Source of the DNA: Octopus sinensis
Taxonomy: Eukaryota
Reading direction: 5' to 3'
Assembly (NCBI RefSeq): GCF_006345805.1
Contig: NC_042999.1
Coordinates: 88,164,001 to 88,228,000, forward strand
DNA: 64,000 nt
Of the stretch, positions 23,664 to 36,665 are shown in pieces. Position 1 is the stretch's first letter. Every line of letters begins with the position of its first letter. Position numbers and translations under genes: made by a program. The notes below the pieces were generated by a model. That model made no database searches. It worked only from the letters and a program-made list of their open reading frames with translations, and was not told the DNA's origin.

Positions 23664-24856
23664 TAATATGAACTGGCAATAAACATTTACAATTGAGTAG
23701 ACAGACGGCAATATAAAAAGGATTATAGTGATCTAACAGAACCCAATCAACAATTTTAGTCATAAGTTCATCCAAATATGAACTTATGAGCTTGACTCAC
23801 TTAACTCGGTAGTTCTTCAATTTCTCCATTGTACGAAAGTTCATTAAGTTCAGTCCAAATACGTAACATTTAATGATGAAGGAGGACTAATCTATTTGAA
23901 GCAATATGTTTTATGAAATGCGAAAAAATAGTAACACTCGACTTAATTTATTATTACTAATATTTGTTATTCACTTCTATTGACAATGTCAGATCAGCTC
24001 TGATCCAGCAGACGTATGATGAGAGTTTTCCGCTGATAATCAATAGTTTATCAGACACAGTGTATCGCAGAGTACATTAACCGTTACGGAGCAAATAAAA
24101 TGTTTCTTACCAACATCAGATACTTCAAGTATTGTTATTAAAATACAATTATTTTTATTACTACTGTTAATCACGATGCAACGTAGTTGTATTTATATTT
24201 GTCAGTATGTATGAATGCGTGCACACATTGTTTCTTCTTTTCACATTACGTTCCAATGTAATCGTATCCTACATCATCTGAAGGGTATTTGTAGGAAATT
24301 TTTATTCAAAACAAATGACTATTTTTTCAAAGTTATGTGGAAACAAAGCCGACTAGTGTGAATTTTCAGAAACACTTCTCATACTTTGAAATACATTTTC
24401 ACCACGAATCCCGATATAATCGCAATTTACACCATCTGAAGATTTCTTCAGAAAATATCCATTTTCTGAGAGTTATGAGGAAACAAATTCGTGGTGAGCA
24501 CACCTGTGTATGTATGCTGATTATAATGAAACATAGAGCAAGAACTTGTTACTTGGTGTTTAAACGAAAGCTATCCATGATGGCATCCAGCTGGTGTCTT
24601 TTAAAACTACGGTTAAGATCATGTGACCATGAAGTTTGACTGAAATATTTATTTTATTTCTGCACTAAACAAACACTCAATTGCTCAGGAACTTGAATAT
24701 TTCTTTGACTTATTAATAAGGATTCATAAAAGATAACTCAATGAAAACTTGTGATGTGAATAGACTCAGACAATGACTATTTCATCCTTATTGCAAGAAT
24801 TACCATTTTTTCTCTAGGATAAATTAAGGGGAAAGCGAATTATATCTTACCACTCA

Positions 24857-25090
24857 TTAGGCGGCGAGCTGGCAGACATGTAAGCACGCCGGGCGAAATG
24901 CTTAGCGGTATTTCGTTTGCCGTTACGTTCTGAGTTCAAATTCCGCCGAGGTCGACTTTGCCTTTCATCCTTTCGGGATCAATAAATAAAGTACCAGTTT
25001 CGCACTGAGGTCGATGTAATCGACTTAATCCCTTTGTCTGTCTTTGTTTGTCCCCTCTATGTTTAGCCCCTTGTAGGCAATAAAGAAATA
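24857..25090 (+). mobile_element. SINE family B, complete copy with TSD
   Basis: 14-bp TSD TATCTTACCACTCA (24843-56, 25093-106). A-box-like TGGCAGA, B-box GAGTTCAAATTCC, tail ..gtttagccccttgtaggcaataaagaaat. Confidence 0.9.
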
Positions 25091-26695
25091 TGTATCTTAC
25101 CACTCACTTTATACAGTGTTCAAACTAAATGTGTTAGTATGCTCATGTGATGTATCCTTTTTCTATAAATATTATATAAAATTGCTCAGTAGAAGAGTAA
25201 CTATCATGTCAATAACGTTTTTATTAACCTTATCCAAATGGTATCTAGTTTGCTAATAATCTGTCTAAAAGTATGATCTTCAGACAGGTCATTAGCGTCT
25301 ACATCAGAAAAATAAATCGCAACACAAAAGAGATTTAAATGAAATTTAAGAATTCTGATTTCATAATATCGTAACAAATGATGTCATAAAAGCTAAAATG
25401 AACTGCTTAAATGTTCTTAAGAAGTAAAGCTACAATCAAATTACTGTTCGCTTTTATCATTTGATCACAATGAAAAAAAAATCACAAGCGTCAGGATGAT
25501 TGTGTCGATAAGATCCTGCAATTGTTTGCTGAGAATAAATGAACCAAACCAGTTTAAATTATTGAGAAATTACTTTAAACTTCTTTTTATTATTCTTTGT
25601 GCAATTCCAAATAAATTTAGCTGAAAGACAAGAGTTAACTTAAGCTGCTGCTAATACTTACCAAGGATGAGAGTTTAATTGGCACGGGGAAAAAAAGAAG
25701 CAGTTTGAATTATTAGATATATTGTATGTCGATATGAACAAAAATATAAAAATATATGATGAAAGAGAATGTAGTTCTTGCACGTTACAAGGCAAAACAA
25801 TAAAATGCTGGTAGACTACTATGGCAAAGATTAAATACGGGGAATAAGATTAAAAATGCCATGCAGATCATGTAGCTAAACAATAGATCAAGAAATATGG
25901 GTTTAAAACATAACTGGCAATTTAGTATAAAATTACAATTAATATAAACTCGAGTCATCGTTTAAAGTGGACATATTTCCTACACTGAACAGTTAAAATA
26001 GTCATTCACTATAACGTGAGCATCCACAATCGAATGAAATATGTGCTATAATGTAGATGTTCATAATAAAAGCATCTCCTTAAAAAACAGACGATATTTA
26101 ATCTATTTCTTCCTGACATGCAAAGAAATTTCAGATAACTTATATTGTATCTAGTTCTTCAACGAAATATCCTAGATTGTTGTTTTCTGTTAAACAGTAC
26201 ATTAGTTTTCAAATAAAGTGCTTTCTATTTATAAAACTTGAAACATGCTTCGAAGCATTTAAATTGAAGTATTTTCTTCATAAAAACAGCTTTTCTTTCA
26301 TATGATTTTATAATATTTTAATAGTTATTAGAGATTCAAATAATTTTATTTTTGCCGAAAATTGTATTGATTATTTTCCTTTTATATTTCTGTCGATGTC
26401 AACGCAGAACATTATCCATTAAAGTCTCCAAGCTTAGCTCTCTCCTGTAATGGATTATTTTTTCCACTTCAAACATAATTCTTTGACTGCTTTCCACTGG
26501 ATTCGATTTATGGATTTAGGCTCCGGCAACACATATTTTTATTCTTGAAGCAACGAAAAATTACGCACAGATATATGTATATATGTATTTATGTAATTTA
26601 TTGCAGAAGAATACAGTTATATACAAAGCCTGAAGTTCACACACACACACACACACACACACAGAGTCTATGAATATGTATGTTTGTGCGTTTGC

Positions 26696-26731
<36 letters not shown>

Positions 26732-26733
<2 letters not shown>

Positions 26734-26975
26734 GGAATTTACAAAAAAAAAAAACTACGAAAGACGAAGACGGGTGTGTAGACGACAAACAGATGCATTA
26801 GTTTAACGCTCGGGAAGTGAAAAAGTCTTTTACGTTTCGAGCCTACGCTCTTCAAGAGAAAGGAACACAGAAATAAGCAGAGAGAGAGAGAAAAAATGGT
26901 TTAGCGGCTAGCGATCAAACATTGTTTAGTGAAGTGATAAATCAAGGTTTAGTGGCTAGCAATTAATCATATATA
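26732..26975 (-). mobile_element. Short PLE-pLTR-like module with a degenerate hammerhead, between TA microsatellites
   Basis: 26827-26862 minus: CUUU cUcuuGA A GAGC(guag)GCUC GAAA CGUA AAAG. Same layout as 44479-44514, with two core substitutions. Confidence 0.55.
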
Positions 26976-27278
26976 CATATACGAGTTGGGGTGCCTGTGT
27001 CTGCATGTGTATGTATATTTATAACACTGCATTGAATGATTCAAGTGCGATTCAAGCGACTACCCCCGCGAAGTATTCATAGGGAACAAATAATATAAAC
27101 TTGTCTTTATCATAATTTCTCCCACATTTGCTTTATATACATAACCAGTAATACTACTAAGTATAGAGGTAACAACTCTACTATATAGAAGCAGACTGGA
27201 TGATAATAATCGCCGTCAGATGACTGAAACAAGTAACAATAAAAGAATACATATATTTTTTTTATTCTGTTACTTGTT

Positions 27279-27318
<40 letters not shown>

Positions 27319-27321
27319 TTT

Positions 27322-27690
27322 GTGGAGGCGCAATGGCCCAGTGGTTAGGGCCGCGGACTCGCGGTTTCAATTCCCAGATCGAGCGTTGTGAGTGTTTATT
27401 GAGCGAAAGCACCTAAAGCTCCACGAAGCTTCGGCAGCGGTTGGTGGCGAACCCTGCTGTACTCTTTCACCAACACTTTCTTCCTCACTCTTTCTTCCTG
27501 TTTCTGTTGTACCTGTATTTCAAAGGGCCAGCCTTGTCACGCACTGTATCACGCTGAATTTCTCCGAGAACTACGTTAAGGGTACACGTGTCTGTGAAGT
27601 GCTCAGCCACTTACACGTTAATTTCACGGGCAGGCTGTTCCCTTGATCGGATCAACTGGAAACCTCGTCATCGTAACGGGCGGAGTGCCA
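27322..27690 (+). mobile_element. SINE family C (tRNA-derived head)
   Basis: TGGCCCAGTGGTTAG A box, degenerate B box, GC-richer ~370-bp body. Single copy in this window. Confidence 0.65.
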
Positions 27691-28453
27691 CGATGATATG
27701 TGTGTGTGTATGTATAGAGAAACAATAAGTTCAAAAAGAACAATTCAAACTTTTTGAGTGTTCCAAAAAGAGAAAAAGAATGATTTCTAATAAAAATTCA
27801 TCATATTCATAAAAAACAGCCAGCGAAGTAATAAGAATATGAAAATAGTTGTTGAAGAATATCGTTATAGGTATAAATATAGCATAAACAATTATAGAAA
27901 ATGGAGGAGAAAAATATGTTGAGTAAAAAATTAGATTTAATACAAAATAGGATTCAATACGTACGCGCGTTTCAAAGGACAATACGAATATGTAAGAAAA
28001 AATGATAATCATAGTAATTATTTTAAAATTTATGCATTGTCATTCTCATCAGTGTGAAGAAGTTTTGGAAGGACATCAAAAAAAGGTTTAATAAAATAAG
28101 GGAAATTAAAATACGATGCAATAAGGAAGAATACAAATGGGGTAATAGGGAAAAATCGAATATTTACAAGCAAGTTGTAAAAGGGAAAAATAACAGTAAT
28201 AATAATAGTGAGAGAGACGAAAGAGAAGAAAAGACAAACATATCAATGTGTATGCACATCTATATGTGCAGTAAACTATAACATAGAAAATAAGAATAAA
28301 AATTTAACGGATATGTTTTAAAAAATGGTAACAGGTCGAGGTATAATGTAAACAGGGCCTCGTGTGTATAGTAAAATATAACGTAACACGTGAACTAGCA
28401 GAAAAAAAAACATAGAGAGTTATACATATATATATATTAATATTGAAAAACGA

Positions 28454-28503
<50 letters not shown>

Positions 28504-28869
28504 TACTCGAGGCTAAAAGAGATAGGCAAGACTATGTTTGAAAAAAGTTACAATATTCAAGTGAACATGTACATACAAGCAGAGAAAAACCAAAGAGAAC
28601 TTAGAAAAAGAAAACACATCGATCACAGTCAAGACCGGTCGGTGTATTCAAGAGAATTACTTTACTCAAAAAACTAGCCCTGGGTAGGGGAGACAATTAG
28701 AAGAAAGTAGGAACAAAAAGGAATATATGAAAGAGAGAGAATTAAAATAAACTTACAAGAAAAAACGTATACACTTAATACATAAGGATATACAGTCATA
28801 CACACATACACAACACACATATAAACGAACAAAAAACGAGTAAACACGTTCCAGAAAGAGTAAATATAG

Positions 28870-30260
28870 AAACGATCCTGATCAGTCTCCATGTGGCCAA
28901 CCTCTACACAAACATGGTCTTTGGAGTAAAATTAAAAGAAGTAAAATTCTGGATACACAGAATACAGGAGAAATTTCCTCAAATATTTATTCTAGAAGAA
29001 TTATGGTCTGGTCTAGAAAAGAACTAGTTCTTTAATAACCAATATTATCTTCATATATAAAGGATGCTGATTGCCGCAATAGTTGGCCCCACGATTGCAA
29101 CACAGGTGACTGGGTTCTATGCCCGGCTTGGAATTACTTTTAATGAGCATTTCCAATCCCAACTGAACATGACTCCTGGGCGACTGTTTAACATTTTGAA
29201 ACAGTGGTATGAGAGATCTTACAAAATCCCTGAAATTGATAAATAGTGTTCATGAATCGATTCAATTCTCTATAGAAATGAATGAAAGGGAACTTCTGTT
29301 TTTGACATTTTATTAATTAAGGAAAATGAGGTAATTAATACGGATTTCTACTACAAAGACGGGGAGAAACATCAGAACTTAGATTTTAGATCTTGTCACT
29401 CGCTGAATGTTAAAAGAAATGTCCCTTTTAACATGACAGACGTAAATTATCAACAGACGAGAGAGTCGACTAACAGAACTAAAACTATTCTTTCAGAAAC
29501 ATTGTTACACTCAAAACCAAAGTAAAAGAGGTCTCAATCTCGAACTGACGAAAGATTCCCACGATGAAGGAGAAAATATACGCAAAATCATAAATATCAC
29601 ATTTGTAGTCACCTATAATCTTAGAAACTATAACATCTTACATGCGGCTAAATGCCACCTACCGATATTACAACATTCCCGAAATTTCATATAAGTAATT
29701 AAAGAATCAGAGCTGAAAGTAACCACGAAAATTTTAACTCTTAACAAAGTCCAAATTCACATGAAGCGATATTATAGAGACTTTCATTATGAAACTTGTA
29801 AATTAATTGAACATGGCAAAACCAAAAATTCAAGAATGGAAAGGAATGAAAGTTAATGCAAATATAAATAGTAAAACAAAAACGAAATCGTTTACTACAT
29901 CAATGCCCACGATATAAGGAGAATTATATCGGACAAACAAGCTAAAACTTAATACAGCAGGTTTAAGTTTATAAGCAACAAATCAAAGCTTCATCTCTTA
30001 GAAATGTTCAGTGAGTGAACTGCTAAAGTTAGTGCAAATGGAAAATTAGATACATCATTTTCACATTAAAGGAAGAAAACGATCAACTCCGAAGAACACT
30101 TTATAAGAAATAGTCAACACCAACTACTAAAACAACTGCCTCTACACGAAATTCTTGACAACACGTGTATTTGAAAAGCTAAAACCAGCGAAAAACGCTA
30201 AATACAACACAAAAGCTTTCATCCATAACGTCTGTGCCGTTCAGTTTCGTTTTTAGACAA
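28870..30260 (+). pseudogene. Decayed Penelope-like element (RT + GIY-YIG endonuclease)
   Basis: TILISLHVANLYTNM (28872-28916); LINSVHESIQFSIEMNERELLFL; NTDFYYKDGEKHQNLDFRSCHSLNVKRNVPFNM (PLE RT C-terminal block); IVYYI (29887) ... ENYIGQT (29919-39, GIY-YIG). Many indels. Confidence 0.8.
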
Positions 30261-31320
30261 TTTATTGATCATGACATATTATTTTAAGTTAAGAAAAATC
30301 TTTCGAATTCGGTGACTGTATCAAGAGTTTTTTCTAAAGACTTTTCTAAATATGCACACATATTTATCTGCAGCACACACACACATACACACTCATATTC
30401 CATTGTCAATGAATGTCTAGTTACTGGCTGGAGGTTCACCAGCTCATATTCCATCATCGAATTTGCGCAGTGTTAGAAGCTAAGATATTCATCTCTCAAA
30501 TGACTGATTCTATACAATTATAAATACATTTGAATGATCGTCAGTACTTTTTGCTCGAAGTATCAGTTAAGAATAAACAATGACTGTTTGTTAAATGCTA
30601 AGTTTAAATACTTCAATAGCTTGCGCCTCCATATTCGATTGAATCTTGAGACTAACTTATGCTTGTGTATGTAAATATAACTGTCTGTAATATTGTAAAT
30701 ATAAACATAGCTCTAGTTTACAACTAAGATTTTTTTTTCAGAGTTCTTTAAAGTTTTGTAATTCTTATTCTAAAAGTTTTACTTTATTTAAACTATAAGT
30801 TTTATTCGTATTATTCTTAACGTTTCCCGTGTTTATTTTGAAAGATTTTTGCCAGCGAATCAATTACAATATTAAAGTAATTTGCGAAGGCTAGCAATTG
30901 TAGCTGATTCCAATTTTCCTATATGTGGCGAAGTGTCCAAACTAGCAAACGAACGCTTCCAGTCTATAAATACAGTTAACTAAAGTAAACCTCATCCATC
31001 AACAACTTTAATAACATTATTGAGACCTGCCTTATATATATACTTGTTCCTAGAATCTACGCTACTATGTCAACTATAACTAACTATAGTATAGCAGTTA
31101 TGTCTCTGAAAAACACTTCGAAATATTGTGCTCGTGTACATATCTTTAATATGGCGTATTAAGTGCAGCTAACACTAAAAATCTATAGTGGGTAGTAAAA
31201 TCCATTAAAGACTGTTAATGAAAAGTTAACTGTATAATATCATCTAGAATCCCTTTCAACAATACTTTACTAAATCCGAAGGTATATCCATGAGTTGCTC
31301 CAATGCGTTATGTTTACTAT

Positions 31321-31620
31321 GACGGTTTCATCGCTCAGCCCACATCTTGGACATGCCGTTGGCACTGACACTCCGTGCCTAGATAACTTACCGCGAACAG
31401 GTAAAGCGTTCCTGTAGCACCGTCAGGTCAGGGATCTTTGGTGATTATCCAAATACCTCGGCCAGAAAGATTTTAGAACAGGTTGGCAAGTTGGACGCGG
31501 ATAGAATTCCTCCGCTAGCAGATTCCACACTTTGTCACCCTCCTTTTATCCACATTTCATTTGAAGCAACGAGGCTTAATTCTCTCAACGGCTACTCTCA
31601 TGGTTAGCCCCTCCCCGATA
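31321..31620 (-). pseudogene. L1/Tx1-clade ORF2 C-terminal (zf-RVT-like) fragment
   Basis: Minus: YLDNHQRSLT*RCYRNALPVRGKLSRHGVSVPTACPRCGLSDETV. The W..R.ALP...CPRCG..ETV pattern is the ORF2 zinc-finger region. Confidence 0.7.
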
Positions 31621-31859
31621 AACACCCTATCGGGCAAATTTTCTAACGCTTATATACTTTTAAATTTCCAAAAAAGGACAAAATAAAGTCATTACCCAGT
31701 AACGGGTAAAGAAAAACAGTTCATAACTAATAAACTTTTTATTTTCAACAATTTTAAAACCGAATTTTCTGCTCCGTAGGGTGAAAATTACTGTTTCACG
31801 AAAGACAACAGTTCAGTTCAAAGTAAAATACACAAACATATTTCAATACTAGACAAAAA

Positions 31860-32100
31860 CACGCGGAGCGAACTCACATAACTTTGGTAACAACAAAATC
31901 TCGATTTACGACGCAAAAAATGTTCGGCTAGAGGTTTATTGTTTATTACAGGCACAAGGCTGAAACACAGAGGGACACAGACATGCGGCAAAAAAAATGC
32001 ACGTGGAAAGATGGATGTAAAATGAATTAAATTACAATGAAAATGAGACGGCTACCGCTCCGAGATGAAACCGTGAATTCCCTTTTCCTTTAAAACTTTG
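31860..32100 (-). mobile_element. 3' UTR/tail of the ORF1 element abutting a head fragment of another copy
   Basis: Reverse complement of 31925-32100 matches 33858-33988 (cggagcgg..ggtagccgt; gtccc..tgttt.agcc.ttgtg...aataaac). 31910-31932 matches 36634-36655 (cgca.aaaaa..ttcggctagag). Confidence 0.6.
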
Positions 32101-32593
32101 CATTTTAAATGACAATTTCCAGCCCCGATCCAAGGCGAAATCGCGTCTTCTCTTTTCGTTTTCATCTTACGATTTTAAAGCAAACGTTTTAAGCAGATGT
32201 TCATTCAAAAGTTACAGGATTTACTAGTCGGACGTGTTTTTGCTTCGCTGCGGTTTTTTTTTCATTTTTGGTTGCGTTGCTTTGTGCTGCCTTGCAGCAG
32301 TTTTTTAGTTTGACGCCACCATTATTTGGTGAGCGTTGCTTAGATGGAGAAAATGAAGACAGCGACGGGGAGTCGGAATTCCGTCGTCCCAGGCCTGCTG
32401 AAACAATGCGAAATGCAGACCCGCAGACAAGTGAACACGCAGACATACAGCTGCAAATAAATATGCCAGAAAAGACACATGATGGTACAGAGTCACAGAA
32501 ACAAGGAAGAACAGACATACAGATGCAGGAGGTACACAGGAGCGGAATATATTTGATAAAATATCGGTCGACACAAGATATAGAAGGGAAAAT

Positions 32594-33499
32594 GGATCTT
32601 TTCTCTTTGAAGGCCAGATTTTCCTAGTTAACTAAAAAATTTGAAACTTCGTATACTGGTAGAACGTGTCAAAAGAAAACATTATTGTAAACAAAATTGA
32701 AAACAAAATTGTAATTTGTAACTTAAACGTAGTTTAATTTTTACGAATTTTAACCAATGAAATCCCAACATCTTCGAATATTAACCAATGAAATCCCAAC
32801 ATTGCACATAGTAGTTAATATATAAGCGTACACAAACATACAAACGGACATATACAGACACACACATTCGCACACAAGCAAAAATACACGTTGTGTTTTG
32901 CCACTTGCCGCAACAAATTTGCACAGAGGTGGGGTTGGGGTCAATGTTACATCGTTTCGGGGTCGATAAATTAAGTACCAATTACGCACTGGTGTCGAGG
33001 ATTTTTTCCCAATTCATATCACAGCTTCCGACAAGCTGGGGGCATCCTTTTATGAAAAAATATTTCGCAAATTTTTACAATACGACTCACACTCCACGCG
33101 CAAACTCGAGACCGATTTAGGCTTATTATTGTTTTGTTTTTGTTGTTTCTGGCCCTTCAAAACCATGGGAGAAGCCTTTTCGGTAAAAAAAAAAGAAAGA
33201 AAATATTCAAAAAATATCGTTAATATTTTTATTGGGCGACGAAATTAATCGATTTAAGAGATATAGCTGTTATTTCTAGCACATGTAGAAGACAGAAGAA
33301 GAGGTAAATAATTTGAGCTCGAATGCTGCGATTTCATTGGTTAAAATTCTTAAAATTAAACTACGTTTAAGTTACGAATTACAATTTTGTTTTCAATTTT
33401 GTTTACAATAATGTTTTCTTTTGACACGTTCTACCAGTATACGAAGTTTCAAATTGTTTAGTTAACTAGGAAAATCTGGCCTTCAAAAAGAAAAGATCC
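32594..33499. mobile_element. Non-autonomous DNA transposon (MITE), ~170-bp TIRs, 8-bp TSD; Merlin- or Mutator-like
   Basis: TIRs 32594-32764 and 33330-33499 differ at only about five positions and start GGATC. TSD GGGAAAAT at 32586-93 and 33500-07. No ORF. Confidence 0.9.
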
Positions 33500-33711
33500 G
33501 GGAAAATAACTGAAATGAAAGATATTGTTAAAGTGGACCTCTCTGAGGGTTACGATGCGGAGACGAGATGGATTTTAATGGAAAGGGATAAGTACAGAGA
33601 GTTAAAAGAGGCTTTCCCATTGGATGTAAACCCACTGGGGCCCGAGGTGAATTTCGAACCCAGCGCTCAAGAGATGAACTATGAGGAAATTAAGAACTGT
33701 ATAAAATGGTA

Positions 33712-33846
33712 AGTGGAGTTTTATTTTGAAAAGAGCTGTTGAGATTATTTTGAAAATAACTTTTGAAAACTGATATAATTTTGAAAAGAGCTTTTGAAAA
33801 ATGTTGAAATAATTTTGAAAAGAACTGTTGAAATAATTGAAATAAC
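33712..33846 (+). repeat. Degenerate TTTTGAAAA-based tandem repeat in the ORF1-element 3' UTR
   Basis: Recurrent (t)tttgaaaa / gttgaaata units. Confidence 0.75.
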
Positions 33847-33988
33847 GTAACCCCACCGGAGCGGGGCTGAGGTAGCCGTTCCATCTTCATTTTATAAGTT
33901 CACTATTCCATTCTTTCAAGTGTTGATTGTCCCCACATGTGTGTATTGTCCCATTTATGTTTAGCCCCTTGTGGGTAATAAACAAAAT

Positions 33989-35400
33989 CTGCGGTTCTTT
34001 TGTTGATTGAGTTGTTTTGTGCTGCTTTTCAACAGTTTTTGAGTATAACGCCACCATTGTTTGGTGAGCGTTGCTGAGATGGAGAAAATGAAGACATATG
34101 CAGCAGCGACGGGGAGTCGGGTTTCCGTCGTCCAGGGCCTGCTGAAGCAATACGAAATGCGCTGGAATGAAGACATGGCTAAGAAATTTGGAAAATATCT
34201 GGAGATGATACAGAGAGAGGGGCCCAGCGTAAAGTTGACCCCCATCAGAAGAGGAAAAGGTGAAAATGGAAATTAAGGTGATGGACTATATATAGTTTTC
34301 AGGGGGAAATAAAAGAATAGAGAGAGCAACGAAGGAGGATGTGGAGGAGTGTTTCAAGGAATTGAAAGATGTGCCGTTTTTCACAAGAGGCAAGACATAC
34401 GCGTCTGTAGAGATCACATTTGTATAGGAGGAGGCAGCAAGGAAATACGCTAATAAGATGTTAACTGGAGGAAATTGGATTCTCTTTCCCAATCAGCTGG
34501 GTAGACGTCCAGCGAGGATTAGGGTGGGTAGGATCCTGCCGAAAATACAGCCAGAATGGGTAATGGAAGCAATTATTACTGGAAAAAAAGAAGTAAAGGT
34601 AGTTATGATAACCAGAACCCAACATATAAATTGTTGGGTGTATGGTTTGAAGGTAGTTTGCACGGCAAGCCAGACAGTATACAATAGCATACCGGAGACA
34701 GTGGAATCGCCAAACGAGGACAAGCTGAATATAACATTGGAAGAGAGATTCCAAAGTGCTATGAATGTGGCAAAAGAGGTCACGTTAGAAGGTGCCCAGA
34801 AAAAATGGAAAACATAGAAATGGAAACGCAAGAAAGCGTGATAGAGGAGAAGAAACAGATACAGGAAGAGGAAATAGAGAGCTGGTTTTGAGGAAGCTAA
34901 GTTAAGGAAGAGAGAACGCCGAGAATTGAACAAGGAAAGAAACATAAAGCAAAGGAGCAATTGGGATCGCTGAGGAAAGAGAGAACGAGCGGAGCATCAC
35001 AAAGCAAACATACAGACTCACAATCACACAAACAGACGGATTCACAGACACATAAACCCACAGACACACATACACATGGCAACATGGAAGATGACACAGA
35101 GTTGCAGATACCTGAAAGTACAGACGCACAGACGCACAGACGCCAGATGCAGACAAATATGCACACAGACATGCTGACACAAAAAATATAGAAAAACAGA
35201 GGCAGGATAATACAGAGTTACAAAAACGAAAAAGCACAGACACAGAGACACAATAGGTACGGGGATAAAAACTATATTTGATAATTTTTAAGTCGATGAA
35301 GAAAATAGAAAAGCTGAAAGATACTGTTAAATTAAGCCTCTTGGAGGGTTATGACAAAGATGGCAATAAAAAAAGAAGTCTTTAAAATAAATCGCGACCT
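33989..35400 (+). pseudogene. L1/Tx1-like ORF1 copy B (RRM-like region + CCHC knuckle), frameshifted
   Basis: FFTRGKTYASVEITF, RIRVGRILPKI, IPETVESPNEDKLNITLEER, then in a shifted frame PKCYECGKRGHVRRCP (34757-34795). Confidence 0.75.
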
Positions 35401-36665
35401 ATCACTTCATCTTCTCCTTTTCGCCCGCATAATGTCTTTTAATTTTGAAATTCTTTTAACTTTTGAGTGTCCTAATTCATTTAAAATCTTGCTTCTGATT
35501 GTTTCTGTATGTTTGTGGGTTTGTGAGTCTGTGAATTCGTTTGACTGTAATTCTGTTTCGTCTATGTTTATAGGTTTCCGTAATTCTGAGTTACCTTGTT
35601 TCTGCTCGTCTATACTTCAGTGCGTTTGCATGTCTGTGTATTTGTTTGTCTGTGGGTCTGAATGTTTATGTACTTGCAAGTCGTTTACTGGTGATCCTAC
35701 TGGTAAATCTTCCTCGTTTCGCGTCGTAGGTTAAGTTACCACTTCTATTGCTTTGTACTTCTTCAATTCCACTATCGTTGGTGACTTCCTCCTCTCTCTT
35801 TTTCTTGCTTTCACCTCCGCAAAATTTCCGTCTTGTTCTGTTCCTGCTGTTTCTCCACCATTATATTCTCCTGAATACTCTCCTCTACAATTTCCACTGC
35901 TGCTCTAGGACATTTCTTTCTCAGGTGCCTTCTTTCACCATATTCGTAACAATTTGGGGGTCTCTCCTCCAAAATTATCGCCAGCTTTTCTTCATTTGGT
36001 AGCTCTAAAGTTTCAGGTATTTCGTTGTAATATTTCGAGCTCACTGCACAAATTACCTCTAACCTGTGGCCCCCAACACTTCACTTGTTGGGTTCGGATT
36101 ATCGTGCCCATCTTCACGGCTTCGCTTTCCTTCTTTATCTCCGAATAAAAAATTGCGGCTATTGGATCTATCCGAGGTGGGATTTTCCCCATCCTAATTC
36201 TGACAATTCTTTTGTCCAAACAATTTGACATCAAATTCCATTTTCCTTCCCTGTATCAGCCTGATACAAAGGTTACCACTATAGACGCATATCTATTTCC
36301 TCTCGTAAAGAACGCTATGCTGTCTCCTATATGTTCTTCCAAATTTTCTTTTATTTCTTCCTGCGGCGCGTCTTCAATTCTCTTTGTATTCGAAAATGTT
36401 CTGAATATAACCGTCTTCTTTTCCATTTTCACTTTTTCCTCCTCTGGCAGGGTCATTTTTATATTTCACCCTTTCTTCTCTACCATACTACTATATTTCT
36501 TTATCAGATCTCCATTCCACTTAAACATCTCCTGTTTCAGCACACGTGAGTCTATAGGAGCTCGACCTCCAGTAGCTACTGCATAACTTCTCATTTCTCT
36601 CAATTAATCACTACTACCCAACAATGGTGGTTTCGCACAAAAAATTCGGCTAGAGTTTTTCAAAA
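35400..36665 (-). pseudogene. L1/Tx1-like ORF1 copy C, inverted relative to B
   Basis: MRSYAVATGGR.., FFTRGNRYASIVVTF, RIRMGKIPPRI, IPETLELPNEEKLAIILEERPPNCYEYGERRHLRKKCP. Clearly paralogous to copy B. Confidence 0.75.

Larger units (their letters stand above)
32200..33988 (+). mobile_element. L1/Tx1-like ORF1 element copy A (internally deleted, interrupted by MITE, complete 3' UTR and tail)
   Basis: Head 32280-32415 is paralogous to 34015-34160. Removing the MITE rejoins IYLIKYRSTQDIEGK|ITEMKDIVKVDLSEGYD...CIKW* (stop 33710-12), which is followed by ~275 bp of UTR and the tail. Confidence 0.65.

Noticed and set aside
27730-28330. L1 ORF2 3' relic
   Set aside because: Only A-rich strand bias and one short motif (VKKFWKDI); too weak to list.
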